A stretch of DNA of 63,308 bases, filler included. It is 4 parts of 4 records of this genome, joined end to end, with 100 filler letters (N's around TTAATTAATTAA, not from the genome) between each part and the next. Parts side by side here need not be neighbours in the genome. Positions count along the whole stretch, not along the records: positions 33,361 to 58,112 come from SRR31156797_1483; positions 58,213 to 63,308 come from SRR31156797_1622; 2 more parts are not named here. One strand, given 5' to 3'. A program made the position numbers and the translations under genes. Numbering within the stretch: the first letter of the stretch is position 1; each line of letters starts with the position of its first letter. Below, piece by piece: positions 49,230 through 58,895 of the stretch. The notes beneath the pieces are model-generated. The model was given only the letters and a program-made list of their open reading frames with translations, was not told where the DNA came from and did no database searches.

Positions 49230-49654
49230 AATGTGAATTTAATTTATGATTGGTTTTGGTTGAAAAGTCAAGGAATCGTAAGGCAAATTTTCTGCAATTA
49301 TTTAATAAAAGAGAAAAAAAGCTTTGAGTATTGTCTCTTTAATTTAATCAACATCAACATAAAAAACAAATTTATTTAATTTGTAAGTGGTTGATAATTC
49401 CCTTTTTATGAAGTGAGGTGGCTGTTCTGAAGTATTGATATAGAAATCTGATTAAACAGGAAGAGTTTTAATTACCGGGGGAGTACGCTTTGTTTCGTTT
49501 TGTAAGAAGTTTACAATTCGACTTAAATGTTTGTGGAGTATTATTTTAATAAATGGCAAAAAAATAAGTGTATCTCTATTTCTGGAGGGATACACTTATT
49601 ATAAAATTGTGATTCTTTAGGAGAATCATATGGTCGCACGACCCACATTGATCA

Positions 49655-50254
49655 TTACTTTCTGAAGGCATAGTTGTACTCTTTATCGTTAGAAATAAGA
49701 CGTACTTTATATTCTCCTTCTGGTAAAGCTTCTACATTAAACTTTTTAGAAAAAGTAGGTTCAGAATTGTATGATTCTACAAATACTTCGTTTCCGAATG
49801 AATCAAGAATTGAAAGGTTGAAGTTTTTGTTTTCGAATGATAAGTAAGTAACAAATAAGTTATTGTCTTCAGATCTGAAAAGTGTTTTTTCAGCAATTTC
49901 TTCCTGCTTTTCAGAAATTAACTTGTTGTTTGCTATTTCAAATTTCTTTTCAACATTTACTTTATTTCCTGTCAATACAATTTTGTATACACCATCTTCT
50001 AAATAAGAGAAATCGAATAATTTCTGATCTGTAGTTTCTCCACTTACTTTTTTAGAATAGTACAAATTTCCTTCTTTGTCATAAATTTTCATTTTTAGAG
50101 CAGACTCACTTGGATTGATAATTGATACAATTGAAAGATCAGTATCTAAATATGGATTAATACGAACATTACCTGTGGCAAAAGCTGAACTTGCGCCTAA
50201 GAATAGTATTACTCCCAATACAATTCCTTTTAGATTTACATTTTTTGTTTTCAT
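49655..50254 (-). CDS. Exported two-Ig-like-domain protein (DUF3244/T9SS-CTD-like)
   Basis: Signal peptide; two repeats of I-x-D-x-x-G-N...F-(D/N)...L-x-x-G-x-Y. Confidence 0.7.
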   Translation of the reverse strand: MKTKNVNLKGIVLGVILFLGASSAFATGNVRINPYLDTDLSIVSIINPSESALKMKIYDKEGNLYYSKKVSGETTDQKLFDFSYLEDGVYKIVLTGNKVNVEKKFEIANNKLISEKQEEIAEKTLFRSEDNNLFVTYLSFENKNFNLSILDSFGNEVFVESYNSEPTFSKKFNVEALPEGEYKVRLISNDKEYNYAFRK

Positions 50255-50634
50255 TTTGATAAAATTTAATAATTAAATGTTAATTAAATCAGTCCTTTGT
50301 TTTTGTCTTAAACTGATATTGTAAATCTATGCGATTTTTATAGAAATGATCTAAATAGAAGTTGAAAAATATTGAGAAATAACAAAAAAATGAACTTAAA
50401 ACGGTTTCGGAAACTCCCGAAATTGTTTGCGTTACATAGATTTAATAAAGAATTTTATCATTATTAACATGATTTGAGCATTTTTCATGTTTATGATAAC
50501 GTTTTCGGATTTTTGAAAAAAGATGCAAAACGTCATTTTTTGATACTTCAATCTGAAAAAGTGATTGAAATTGATTTCAAATGCTTGTATGAAAATTGAC
50601 ATTTAAGACTATTTTTGATGCAAATTTGAAGACA

Positions 50635-51633
50635 ATGCGCTACCAAAACTTAATAGATTTCTCTGTTCATCCTTCTGATGTGAATAAATTTGATAACAAA
50701 TGGGAAGGTCTGAAAACATATATAAAGGAAAAAAAACTCGATGGTGTAGAACTTTTAATCGGTTACAATAAACCATCTGATGAAATACCGAATGAAATTG
50801 TACAAAGTATTCACTTACCATTTTGGGTAACTTGGCTAGATGTTTGGCGTAAGGGAGAAGAGGCAGCTAAATATTATTTCCCAAATACACCTACAGATCA
50901 ATTGCAATTTTGTTGTGGCGGTAAAAATGCTGCAGAAATGGTTGCCTCTCAGAAAACTTTGTGGGAAAATGCGAGTCTCTTTAATCCAGCTCATGCTGTT
51001 CTTCATGCTGCTCATGTTGAACTTGAAGATGCATTTACAAGAGATTTCACCTATAAAAGTACAGAAGTATTGGTTTCTTTTGCAGATTTATTAAATAAGA
51101 CTGCTCAGGAGTTTACTGATGGTGAGCCACCTGTTACATTGGCGTTTGAAAATTTATGGTGGCCAGGACTGGATTTTCTATTTCCTGCACAAACCGATGA
51201 TTTTGCCTCTAGATTGGAATTCTCCAATTGGAATTTACTTTTGGATACAGGTCACTTAATGAATACAAACCCTGCTTTGCGTTGCGAAGATGAGGCTATC
51301 GATTTTGTATTGGATAGAATTTCGAGATTATCAAAGGATATTCAAAAGAAGATTAAAAGCTTGCACCTGAACTGTAGTTTATCAGGAGAATATCAGGTAA
51401 AACAACTAATGGCTGGTCTGCCAGAAGGATGGAGTGATTTGAATTTTTCGGAGAAGTACTCTACGGCAAGAGATCATGTTTTACAAATAGATCAACATTT
51501 GCCTTTTAAAACTCAGCGCGTAAAGGAAATAATTGCTGAAATTGAACCTGAAATTGTAATTCATGAATTCATCACGAAAAACATGGATGAATTTTCAGAG
51601 AAACTGGAAATACAAAGAAATAGTTTAATGTAG
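50635..51633 (+). CDS. AP endonuclease 2 / xylose-isomerase-like TIM-barrel protein
   Basis: DGVELL, SIHLP, VLHA, FENLWWPG, LDTGH, SLHL, IDQH and IHE metal-ligand pattern. Confidence 0.8.
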   Translation: MRYQNLIDFSVHPSDVNKFDNKWEGLKTYIKEKKLDGVELLIGYNKPSDEIPNEIVQSIHLPFWVTWLDVWRKGEEAAKYYFPNTPTDQLQFCCGGKNAAEMVASQKTLWENASLFNPAHAVLHAAHVELEDAFTRDFTYKSTEVLVSFADLLNKTAQEFTDGEPPVTLAFENLWWPGLDFLFPAQTDDFASRLEFSNWNLLLDTGHLMNTNPALRCEDEAIDFVLDRISRLSKDIQKKIKSLHLNCSLSGEYQVKQLMAGLPEGWSDLNFSEKYSTARDHVLQIDQHLPFKTQRVKEIIAEIEPEIVIHEFITKNMDEFSEKLEIQRNSLM

Positions 51634-51653
51634 GGACACGCCAAGGCGTGTCC
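51630..51653 (+). repeat. GTAG-type REP-like palindrome overlapping the stop codon
   Basis: GTAG-GGACACGCC-AA-GGCGTGTCC followed by a T tract. Confidence 0.55.
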
Positions 51654-51744
51654 GCTTTTTAATTTCTCATTAGTTTAATTAATTGACATTGGTTTAAAAT
51701 CTCCGTATTTTCTCTTTTATTTCAAATAAAGAGGAGGTTAGGAT

Positions 51745-52110
51745 ATGGAAAAATCACTTTACGAAAGATTAGGTGGAAGCGAAGGAATTATAAAAATTGC
51801 AAGTGATGCGGTTGATTTACATTTCGAAAACAAAGCTATTGCAACACGGTTTGTGAATTCAAATATGGATGTTTCGAAATTAAAGGAAGGAGCAGCAAAC
51901 TTTTTTATTATGGGAACGGGAGGACCATCGGTTTATGAGGGAAAGGATATGCTGGCAACACACAAAGGAATGAACATTAGCGATGCAGAATTTAATGCAG
52001 TTGTTGATGATGTATTAAAGGCTCTTGAGATGAGTGATGTTGGGCAAAAAGAAAAAGAAGAAGTGTTGTTTGTACTTTATAGTATGCGCAAGGAAATTGT
52101 TGCTGTGTAG
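51745..52110 (+). CDS. Group I truncated hemoglobin
   Basis: SLYERLGG, GGPSVYEG, MLATHKGMNI and EFNAV. Confidence 0.9.
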   Translation: MEKSLYERLGGSEGIIKIASDAVDLHFENKAIATRFVNSNMDVSKLKEGAANFFIMGTGGPSVYEGKDMLATHKGMNISDAEFNAVVDDVLKALEMSDVGQKEKEEVLFVLYSMRKEIVAV

Positions 52111-52240
52111 CAGCTAGGCAATTGAATTATTGAGAGATGGAAAAACAATTTTCATCTCTTTTTTTATTCTATAAGTAGATTTTAAGCTCTGATATTCTAA
52201 ACCTACTGATATTTCCAAAATATTACATAGCTTTGCAACA

Positions 52241-52352
52241 ATTAGGTTTCCTCATGTTGGAATGAAAAGGGAATCTGGTGTAAAACCGGAACTGTCCCCG
52301 CAGCCGTAATCTTTCTTGTGATTATATGAAAGTAAGTCGGAATACCTGCCTG
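52241..52352 (+). ncRNA. Cobalamin riboswitch (short form)
   Basis: AGGTT...AAAAGGGAATCTGGTGTAAAACCGGAACTGTCCCCGCAGCCGTAA...AAGTCGGAATACCTGCC; TAGCTTTG promoter just upstream. Confidence 0.9.
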
Positions 52353-52445
52353 AAAAAATAAACTGTTTCGTAACTTCGGGGAACTGAGTAACGAAGGTAT
52401 AATTTTGTGAATTGTATTTTCTAGTCAACCTTCCCCACAATTATT

Positions 52446-53639
52446 GTGGAAGAAATGAATTTAGTAAGATCTTTAAGTGTTGGAATTCTATTTTTCAGCC
52501 TTCTATGGAGTTCTGCCTGTCAATCGGGAGATTCCAAACAGAAGAAAGAAACACTTTCTCAGGAATTAACTGTTGATTCCTCCTTTTATCATCAATCTGA
52601 TATTAAGTATGCCAAAGGCTTTCAAATAAAAATCCTGCAAAAAGGAGTAAAAGAGTTAATTGTTTGGGATCCTTGGAATCCAGGCAAAGTGTTTCAGAAA
52701 TACTACCTGAAGAATCGAGGAGAGAAAATTCAAGTTGATTTACCTAAGGATGGTCTTGTTATTGAAGTTCCGGTAAAAAGTATTGCAGCACTTTCAAGTA
52801 CACAGATAGGTATTTTAAAATTTCTTGGTGTTGATGATAAAATTGTAGCCGTCTCCTTAAAGGATAGAATATACGATGAAGATATAGATCGAAAGGTAAA
52901 GGCAGGAGATATTCAAGCTGTTGGTCATGCTGAAACTTTAAATTTTGAGAAAATTCTTGAGATTGATCCTGATTTGGTAATGGTTGCTGGATTTATGAAG
53001 GTTACCGAGAGAGAAAGCAAATTGATGCATGCAGGTTTGCCTGTGGCATACAATATTGAATGGATGGAATCTTCTCCTTTGGCTCGTGCCGAATGGGCTA
53101 AGTTTATTGCAGCTTTTTTTAATAAAGAAACCGAAGCTGAAAAACATTTTAACGAGATCGATTCAAGGTACAATCAGCTAAAATCGTTAGTTAAAACAGT
53201 TGCTAATGAACCAAGTATCCTTTCGGGATACAATTTTAAAGGTGTTTGGTATATGCCTGGAGGACAATCGTATCTGGCACAGTTTTTACGCGATGGGAAA
53301 GCGGATTATTGCTGGTTTTCGGATAGTTCAAGTGGTAGTATTCCGTTAAGTTTCGAGGTGGTATTCGACAAGCAAAGTGAGGCGGACATTTGGTTTGGAC
53401 CAGGTCAGTGTAGAACTATTGAAGATTTGAACGGATTAGATGAGCGATACGCATTGTTTAAATCATATAAAACCAAGGAAGTTTATTGTTATACTAAACG
53501 CATGAAGGAAAGTGGAGCAAATGACTGGTATGAATCAGGAGTGATGCAACCAGATGTTGTTTTTAAAGATGTGATCAAGATATTGCATCCGGAAATTCTC
53601 CCTGATTATGAATTGCACTTTTATCAAAAACTGAAATAG
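52446..53639 (+). CDS. Cobalamin/iron-chelate ABC substrate-binding lipoprotein (BtuF-like) 1
   Basis: Lipobox SSAC, EKILEIDPDLV, WMESSPLARAEW and IKILHPE; riboswitch-controlled. Confidence 0.88.
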   Translation: MEEMNLVRSLSVGILFFSLLWSSACQSGDSKQKKETLSQELTVDSSFYHQSDIKYAKGFQIKILQKGVKELIVWDPWNPGKVFQKYYLKNRGEKIQVDLPKDGLVIEVPVKSIAALSSTQIGILKFLGVDDKIVAVSLKDRIYDEDIDRKVKAGDIQAVGHAETLNFEKILEIDPDLVMVAGFMKVTERESKLMHAGLPVAYNIEWMESSPLARAEWAKFIAAFFNKETEAEKHFNEIDSRYNQLKSLVKTVANEPSILSGYNFKGVWYMPGGQSYLAQFLRDGKADYCWFSDSSSGSIPLSFEVVFDKQSEADIWFGPGQCRTIEDLNGLDERYALFKSYKTKEVYCYTKRMKESGANDWYESGVMQPDVVFKDVIKILHPEILPDYELHFYQKLK

Positions 53640-53646
53640 TAGAAGT

Positions 53647-54702
53647 ATGATAACGAGAAAAAGTGGTCAGCTTGTTTCTATCTTATTTGGAGCTCTGATT
53701 GTAATTATAGTGGGTGTTTTTCTTTTGGATTTGATTTTTGGGTCGGTTAGCATTCCATTTCGAAAGGTGTTTACTATACTTTTTGGTGGCGATGTTAAAG
53801 CATCCTGGAATTATATTGTTTTGAATTTTAGATTGCCTAAGGCACTTACTGCAATTTTTGTTGGTGCTGGTTTGTCAGTTACTGGACTTATGATGCAAAC
53901 CTTATTTAGAAATCCACTCGCTGGTCCGTTTGTATTGGGAATAAGTTCGGGAGCTAGTCTTGGAGTTGCTCTAATGGTAATGGCTTCGGCTATTGTTCCA
54001 GCATTTTTTGGAACAATTTCGGCACTTTTGGGGAGTTGGGCTTTAGTGGTTGCAGCAGTGGCTGGTGCCTCATTGGTGTTTCTATTAGTTGCTTTAGCTT
54101 CAATTCGCATATCCGATAGTGTTTCTCTTTTAATTATAGGAATCATGTTTGGAAGTATTACTGGAGCAGTGGTAAATATTCTTCAGTATTTTAGTGATCC
54201 GGAGCAAATTCAGAGCTTTATTGTTTGGACATTTGGTTCATTAGCAGGTGTTACCTGGAACGAAATGCAAGTGATGGGACCAATTGTTTTTGTTGGACTG
54301 ATAATGGCGTTTTTGTTAATAAAACCTATGGATGCCTTATTATTAGGAGAGAATTATGCAAGAGGTGTGGGAATATCAGTTAATAGAATAAGAATTGCAG
54401 TAATTATTAGCACCGCTTTAATTGCAGGAACCTTAACAGCATTTACAGGTCCAATTGCTTTTGTAGGTGTAGCTGTACCTCATATTGCTCGCGCCATATT
54501 CAGAACAGCAAGTCATAAGGTATTAATGCCAGCTGTAGTTTTAATTGGTGCAGCCATCATGTTGTCTTGTGATATTATTTCACAAATTCCAGGGAATCAA
54601 AATACATTGCCTATCAATTCTGTAACTGCATTGTTTGGAGGACCGGTTGTTATTTGGGTAATCATGAGGAGTAGAAATGTTAAGGCATCTTTTGCAGGAT
54701 AG
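53647..54702 (+). CDS. btuC: FecCD/BtuC-family ABC permease
   Basis: RLPKAL, MQTLFRNPLAGP.VLGISSGA and GPIAFVGVAVPH. Confidence 0.9.
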   Translation: MITRKSGQLVSILFGALIVIIVGVFLLDLIFGSVSIPFRKVFTILFGGDVKASWNYIVLNFRLPKALTAIFVGAGLSVTGLMMQTLFRNPLAGPFVLGISSGASLGVALMVMASAIVPAFFGTISALLGSWALVVAAVAGASLVFLLVALASIRISDSVSLLIIGIMFGSITGAVVNILQYFSDPEQIQSFIVWTFGSLAGVTWNEMQVMGPIVFVGLIMAFLLIKPMDALLLGENYARGVGISVNRIRIAVIISTALIAGTLTAFTGPIAFVGVAVPHIARAIFRTASHKVLMPAVVLIGAAIMLSCDIISQIPGNQNTLPINSVTALFGGPVVIWVIMRSRNVKASFAG

Positions 54703-54710
54703 AGGGATTT

Positions 54711-55742
54711 ATGAAAGAAAGAAAAGAAAATCAAGATATACTGGTCACACAAGATCTTTCCATTGGTTACAAGCAAGGGAAAAAAGAGACCTTGTGCTTA
54801 CTCTCTAATATTGATTTAACCATCAGAAGAGGAGAAATGGTTTGTCTGTTGGGACCCAATGGAGCGGGAAAATCTACTTTAATGAGAACCATTGCAGGAA
54901 TTCAACCTCCGCTTGCGGGTTGCACTTTAGTTGAAGGAATCTCAATAAAGGATAGAAATTTTAAAGAGATTGCTCAGTTATTGAGTATTGTCTTAACTGA
55001 GAGAATCAACGTTGGAAATCTTACTGTTTATCACATTGTTTCTTTAGGACGTCACCCTTATACCTCCTGGATGGGGAAATTGTCCCAAGAAGATAATGAT
55101 AAGATAAAATGGGCTTTGGAACAGGTTGGACTGTTACACTATGCAAATCATTTTATTAATCAGCTGAGTGATGGAGAAAGACAAAGGGTAATGATTGCAA
55201 AAGCTTTGGCTCAGGATACGCCTTTAATAATGCTAGATGAACCAACTGCACATCTAGACTTACCAAATCGTGTTGAAATAATGCGCCTCTTACATCGCCT
55301 GGCAAGAGAGACGAATAAAGCTATTCTCTTGTCAACTCATGAATTGGATTTGGCATTGCAAGCTGCGGATGTTATTTGGTTGATGGCAAGAAATGAGCCG
55401 GTTAAAGTTGGTGCTCCCGAAGATTTAGTTTTAAACGGTAGTATTGAAGATACATTTCATAACAAGTCCTTCAATTTCGATCGCAAGACAGGGAATTTTA
55501 TCATGAATTATCAGAAAAAACAAAGCATCCAGCTTTTGGGTAATGATGTGATGGGATTCTGGACTCAACGGGCTTTATCACGTGAAGGTTATCAGGTAAG
55601 TTGCGAAAAAGTTGGCGATTGTTGTGTGAATTTATTGGAAGATACTATGGAGTGGGAAATTCAACAAAATGGCTCTACGATTAAATGCACTAGCATTCAG
55701 GAATTATTATTACATCTACGCAGTAACCTGACAAAATCCTAA
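54711..55742 (+). CDS. btuD: ABC ATPase (BtuD/FecE-like)
   Basis: GPNGAGKST, LSDGERQR, LDEPTAHLD and STHEL. Confidence 0.9.
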   Translation: MKERKENQDILVTQDLSIGYKQGKKETLCLLSNIDLTIRRGEMVCLLGPNGAGKSTLMRTIAGIQPPLAGCTLVEGISIKDRNFKEIAQLLSIVLTERINVGNLTVYHIVSLGRHPYTSWMGKLSQEDNDKIKWALEQVGLLHYANHFINQLSDGERQRVMIAKALAQDTPLIMLDEPTAHLDLPNRVEIMRLLHRLARETNKAILLSTHELDLALQAADVIWLMARNEPVKVGAPEDLVLNGSIEDTFHNKSFNFDRKTGNFIMNYQKKQSIQLLGNDVMGFWTQRALSREGYQVSCEKVGDCCVNLLEDTMEWEIQQNGSTIKCTSIQELLLHLRSNLTKS

Positions 55743-55755
55743 TATTATCTAAATC

Positions 55756-56934
55756 ATGCAGAGAATACTACTGGTACTTTTTGTGTTGGGCTTAGTTGGC
55801 TGTTGGTCTAATGAAAGCAAAGTGCGAAGCAGAATTGATAAGGTTGAAGATCAAACTGACTTTGCTTTTACAAGTAAGGTAAATTATGCCATTGGTTTTA
55901 ATATCGAGATGAAAAATGGCTATAAGGAGATAAAGGTATTTAATCCTTGGAAAAATGATGAGATCTTAAGAAAATATGCACTTGTACCAAGAGGAAAAGT
56001 TGTACCTGCTGAAGTGAGTAAGAGTCATGTTGTGGTTAATGTTCCAGTAAAAACTGTAGCTCTATTTTCGAATACTCATGTGGGACCAATTGTAAAGTTA
56101 GGACTCGAGGATAATGTGGTTGGAATGACCAGAGCCAGAAAAGTTTTTAATGAAAAACTATTTGCTAAAGTTGAAAGCGGAAAGATCCTAAATTTAGGAG
56201 GAGCTCACAATAAAAATATTGATATAGAAACCATTGTAGATTTGAATCCTGATTTGATTATACTTTCGGCTTATAATGAGGTTAAATCTGGCGAAGCACA
56301 ATTGGAAGAAATCGGATTAAAGTTGGCTTATTCAATTAATTGGATGGAATCCACACCATTGGCAAGAGCTGAATGGATGAAATTTACTGCAGCTTTTTTT
56401 AATAAAGAGAGTCTAGCTGATTCAATGTTTACTGAAATTGAAAATAACTATAACAAGCTTAAATCAAGAGTTGCAAAAGTGAAGCAAAAGCAAGATGTAT
56501 TGCTTGGGTGGAGCTATAAAGGAACATGGTTTATGCCGGGTGGACGAAATTATATGGTTAGCTATTTAAGGGATGCTGGAGCCAATTATTTTCTTTATGA
56601 TGATGAATCAAGAGGAAATATTCCAATGAGCGTAGAATCTGTTTTAGAATCTTGTAATAATACCGACGTTTGGATATATCCTGGCGTTTGTAAAAGTTTG
56701 AATGATATTGAAAATGGAGGTGAAATTTTCACTCAATTTAAGCCATTTAAGCAAAAGGAAATATATAATATATACAAAAGAACCAATGTTACAGGAGGAA
56801 GTGATTGGTGGGAAAGAGGAAGTGTAAATCCTGATGTAGCCTTAAAAGATTTTATTAAGATTTTGCATCCCGAATTGTTACCTAATGATACCACTTACTT
56901 CTTTAGTAAGCTTCACTTTTTGAATAAAAAATAA
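55756..56934 (+). CDS. Cobalamin/iron-chelate ABC substrate-binding lipoprotein (BtuF-like) 2
   Basis: Lipobox LVGC, WMESTPLARAEW, WFMPGG and IKILHPE; paralog of 52446-53639. Confidence 0.88.
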   Translation: MQRILLVLFVLGLVGCWSNESKVRSRIDKVEDQTDFAFTSKVNYAIGFNIEMKNGYKEIKVFNPWKNDEILRKYALVPRGKVVPAEVSKSHVVVNVPVKTVALFSNTHVGPIVKLGLEDNVVGMTRARKVFNEKLFAKVESGKILNLGGAHNKNIDIETIVDLNPDLIILSAYNEVKSGEAQLEEIGLKLAYSINWMESTPLARAEWMKFTAAFFNKESLADSMFTEIENNYNKLKSRVAKVKQKQDVLLGWSYKGTWFMPGGRNYMVSYLRDAGANYFLYDDESRGNIPMSVESVLESCNNTDVWIYPGVCKSLNDIENGGEIFTQFKPFKQKEIYNIYKRTNVTGGSDWWERGSVNPDVALKDFIKILHPELLPNDTTYFFSKLHFLNKK

Positions 56935-57029
56935 AATTCTCTTCGTAGGTTCAGATTGTTAATATGTAATTGAGAAAAAAGCTTGCGATTTTTTATTGTA
57001 TAATTAAAAAATGTATACATTTGCTACGC

Positions 57030-57208
57030 ATTTGGTTTTTCACACTCATCATTCGATTGTGAAAATGAAAAGGGAATCCGGTGAAAATCCGGAACTATAC
57101 CCGTAGCTGTAAGTTCTAAAAAAAGCTTTTTGAATGACCTATTGCCACTGTTTCGATTAATTGAAATGGGAAGGCCTCAAAAAGTAGAACAAGTCAGAAG
57201 ACCTGCCT
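57030..57208 (+). ncRNA. Cobalamin riboswitch (long form)
   Basis: TGGTT...AAAAGGGAATCCGGTGAAAATCCGGAACTATACCCGTAGCTGTAA...GCCACTG...TGGGAAGGC...AAGTCAGAAGACCTGCC; TACATTTG promoter upstream. Confidence 0.93.
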
Positions 57209-57386
57209 TTGCGAATATTTTAAGTCATTGCTTTCGGGAAAAAGAGCAAGTGAACGAAAACTTTTCACAAAGAGTATTAGGATTGATTTGCCATAACTGG
57301 TCCTTAATTCTTCATGTTAGATTTTTCTTTTCGCTCCCTGATTGCATGCATTAGTTAAACTTATTTTCATTTTATTCTTAAAAGAC

Positions 57387-58112
57387 ATGAAAAGAACATT
57401 TTTAACAGCTTTTGCATTGCTATCATTATTGAACACTGCAGTTAAAGCTGATGAAATTCCAAATCCGACAAACGACACAACGGCGGTACGACATTTAAAT
57501 CTGTCGGAGGTAAAGATCAATGCATCACGTGTAAATGCTAAAATGAAGGATCTTCCTCAAAAAATTGAGGTGATTTCGGCTCGACGTATTTCTTCAACAC
57601 CTGCTAATGATGTTGCAGAGTTATTAAAGAAAAGTTCTGGTATCGATATTGTTCAATATCCAGGAGTAAAAGCTGCCATAGGTATGCGCGGATTTTCACC
57701 ATCAACCTCAAATAAATACAATGTTATTTTGCTTAATGGGAGACCTGTAGGAACAGAAAATATTGCTACTTTGAATTTAGCAAATGTAGAGCGCGTTGAA
57801 ATTATGAAAGGACCTTTTTCATCTCTATATGGTTCCGATGCAATGGCTGGTGTTATCAATATCATTACCAAAAAATCTGATGGTGAGATAGGTGGTAATG
57901 TTTCTTTTGCCTATGGAAGCTTTCAAACAACTGATATAATTGCGAATGTTGGTGGTGATTTATCCGATAAATTTTCATTTGATTTCGCCTACAGCAGACA
58001 TCAACAAAATAAAGACTACAAAATAGGTGACAATAATTTCACTTATACTTCAAAGTTAGAGGAATCTATTATTTCGGAAGATACTTATGGTGAAAGAATG
58101 GAGAATACGAAG
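57387..58112 (+). CDS. btuB: TonB-dependent receptor, BtuB-like (3' truncated by gap)
   Basis: Signal peptide; plug motifs IGMRGF, ILLNGRP and VERVEIMKGPFSSLYGSDAMAGVINIITK; lies behind a B12 riboswitch. Confidence 0.85.
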
Positions 58113-58212
58113 NNNNNNNNNNNNNNNNNNNNNNNNNNNNNNNNNNNNNNNNNNNNTTAATTAATTAANNNNNNNNNNNNNNNNNNNNNNNNNNNNNNNN
58201 NNNNNNNNNNNN
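58113..58212. other. Artificial contig spacer
   Basis: N run with TTAATTAATTAA linker. Confidence 0.99.
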
Positions 58213-58241
58213 GATGCGCTACCAAGCTGCGCTATTCACCG
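58213..58241 (-). tRNA. 5' fragment of tRNA-Pro
   Basis: Minus strand CGGTGAATAGCGCAGCTTGGTAGCGCATC is a typical gammaproteobacterial tRNA-Pro 5' half; truncated by the gap. Confidence 0.85.
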
Positions 58242-58255
58242 AGACTGTTTGTATT

Positions 58256-58336
58256 TGGAATTATTGAGCAGAGGGTCACCCTCTGGTCCGCTATTCCAAA
58301 ACCCTGTGATGCTCTACTTAAGAGTGCTATTCACCG
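58256..58336 (-). pseudogene. Degenerate tRNA-Pro-derived copy
   Basis: CGGTGAATAGCACTCTTAAGTAGAGCATC...GGACCAGAGGGT mirrors the downstream tRNA 5' end but has no T-loop or acceptor 3' strand. Confidence 0.6.
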
Positions 58337-58357
58337 AGCTGTTCCGTTCGTTGGGAA

Positions 58358-58393
58358 CGGGGCGTATATTACGGATTCTGAGCCTCGACGCAA
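58358..58393 (-). promoter_or_regulatory. Stable-RNA-type sigma70 promoter
   Basis: TTGCGT-16 bp-TAATAT followed by the GC-rich discriminator ACGCCCCG. Confidence 0.7.
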
Positions 58394-58459
58394 GTCATTT
58401 AGTTAAGTTTTTTGTAATTTTATTCTATTAGCTTAAAAAGCAATCAAAGCCATAATAAA

Positions 58460-58524
58460 TGTGACCAAATACACATCAAAAGAAACAACACCGTAACCTC
58501 TTAACTACATTTGATCCAGATCAG
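58460..58524 (+). promoter_or_regulatory. Candidate CRP and FNR boxes upstream of the DUF3149 gene
   Basis: TGTGA-N6-ACACA (58460-58475) and TTGAT-N4-ATCAG (58511-58524), each one mismatch from consensus. Confidence 0.55.
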
Positions 58525-58587
58525 TGTCCATTTTTTATCCTGATTTTAACTTAGAGGTGTCTTCAGGCACTTTGAGAGGAAATAACA

Positions 58588-58728
58588 ATGGACTTCTGGT
58601 TAGATCTCCTATTTGGTAATGCAGTAGGGTTGTCATCGATGCTAGTGATATTTGGAGCTATATGCCTCATGCTGTTTTACGGCAGTTATTTCATCTATAA
58701 AGTGATGAACGACAAATCTCCTCACTAG
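58588..58728 (+). CDS. Small membrane protein, DUF3149-like (46 aa)
   Basis: MDFWLDLLFGNAVGLSSMLVIFGAICLMLFYGSYFIYKVMNDKSPH with a GAGG RBS; below the ORF-track cutoff. Confidence 0.8.
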   Translation: MDFWLDLLFGNAVGLSSMLVIFGAICLMLFYGSYFIYKVMNDKSPH

Positions 58729-58895
58729 ATCGCTTAGCATCTATTAATTAAATAGAATCACGCTTTGCACCGGGGCCGATAACTTGTCTGCTCCGGTTTT
58801 TTATTGCCTCAAATCTCTATCTTTCTTGATTGCTTAACCATTCTCGGTTGCTATACTGCGTCTATTCTTGGTTTAGCCTACTTAGAGATAGCACC

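Noticed and set aside
57130-57354. 74-aa ORF here, and similarly 52252-52440 and 2578-2766
   Set aside because: They overlap cobalamin riboswitches or their expression platforms and lack coding features.
1-58112. A window-wide cobalamin theme (three riboswitches, cobT, cobC-like, btu)
   Set aside because: The elements lie on contigs from different phyla, so they cannot be one system.
21375-58212. TTAATTAATTAA inside three N runs, and apparent composition islands
   Set aside because: Artificial contig linkers. The composition shifts reflect different source organisms, not horizontal transfer.
33361-58241. tRNA fragments at contig starts as prophage or island attachment sites
   Set aside because: No integrase or mobile genes nearby; these are 5' halves with native promoters, consistent with assembly breaks in repeated tRNAs.
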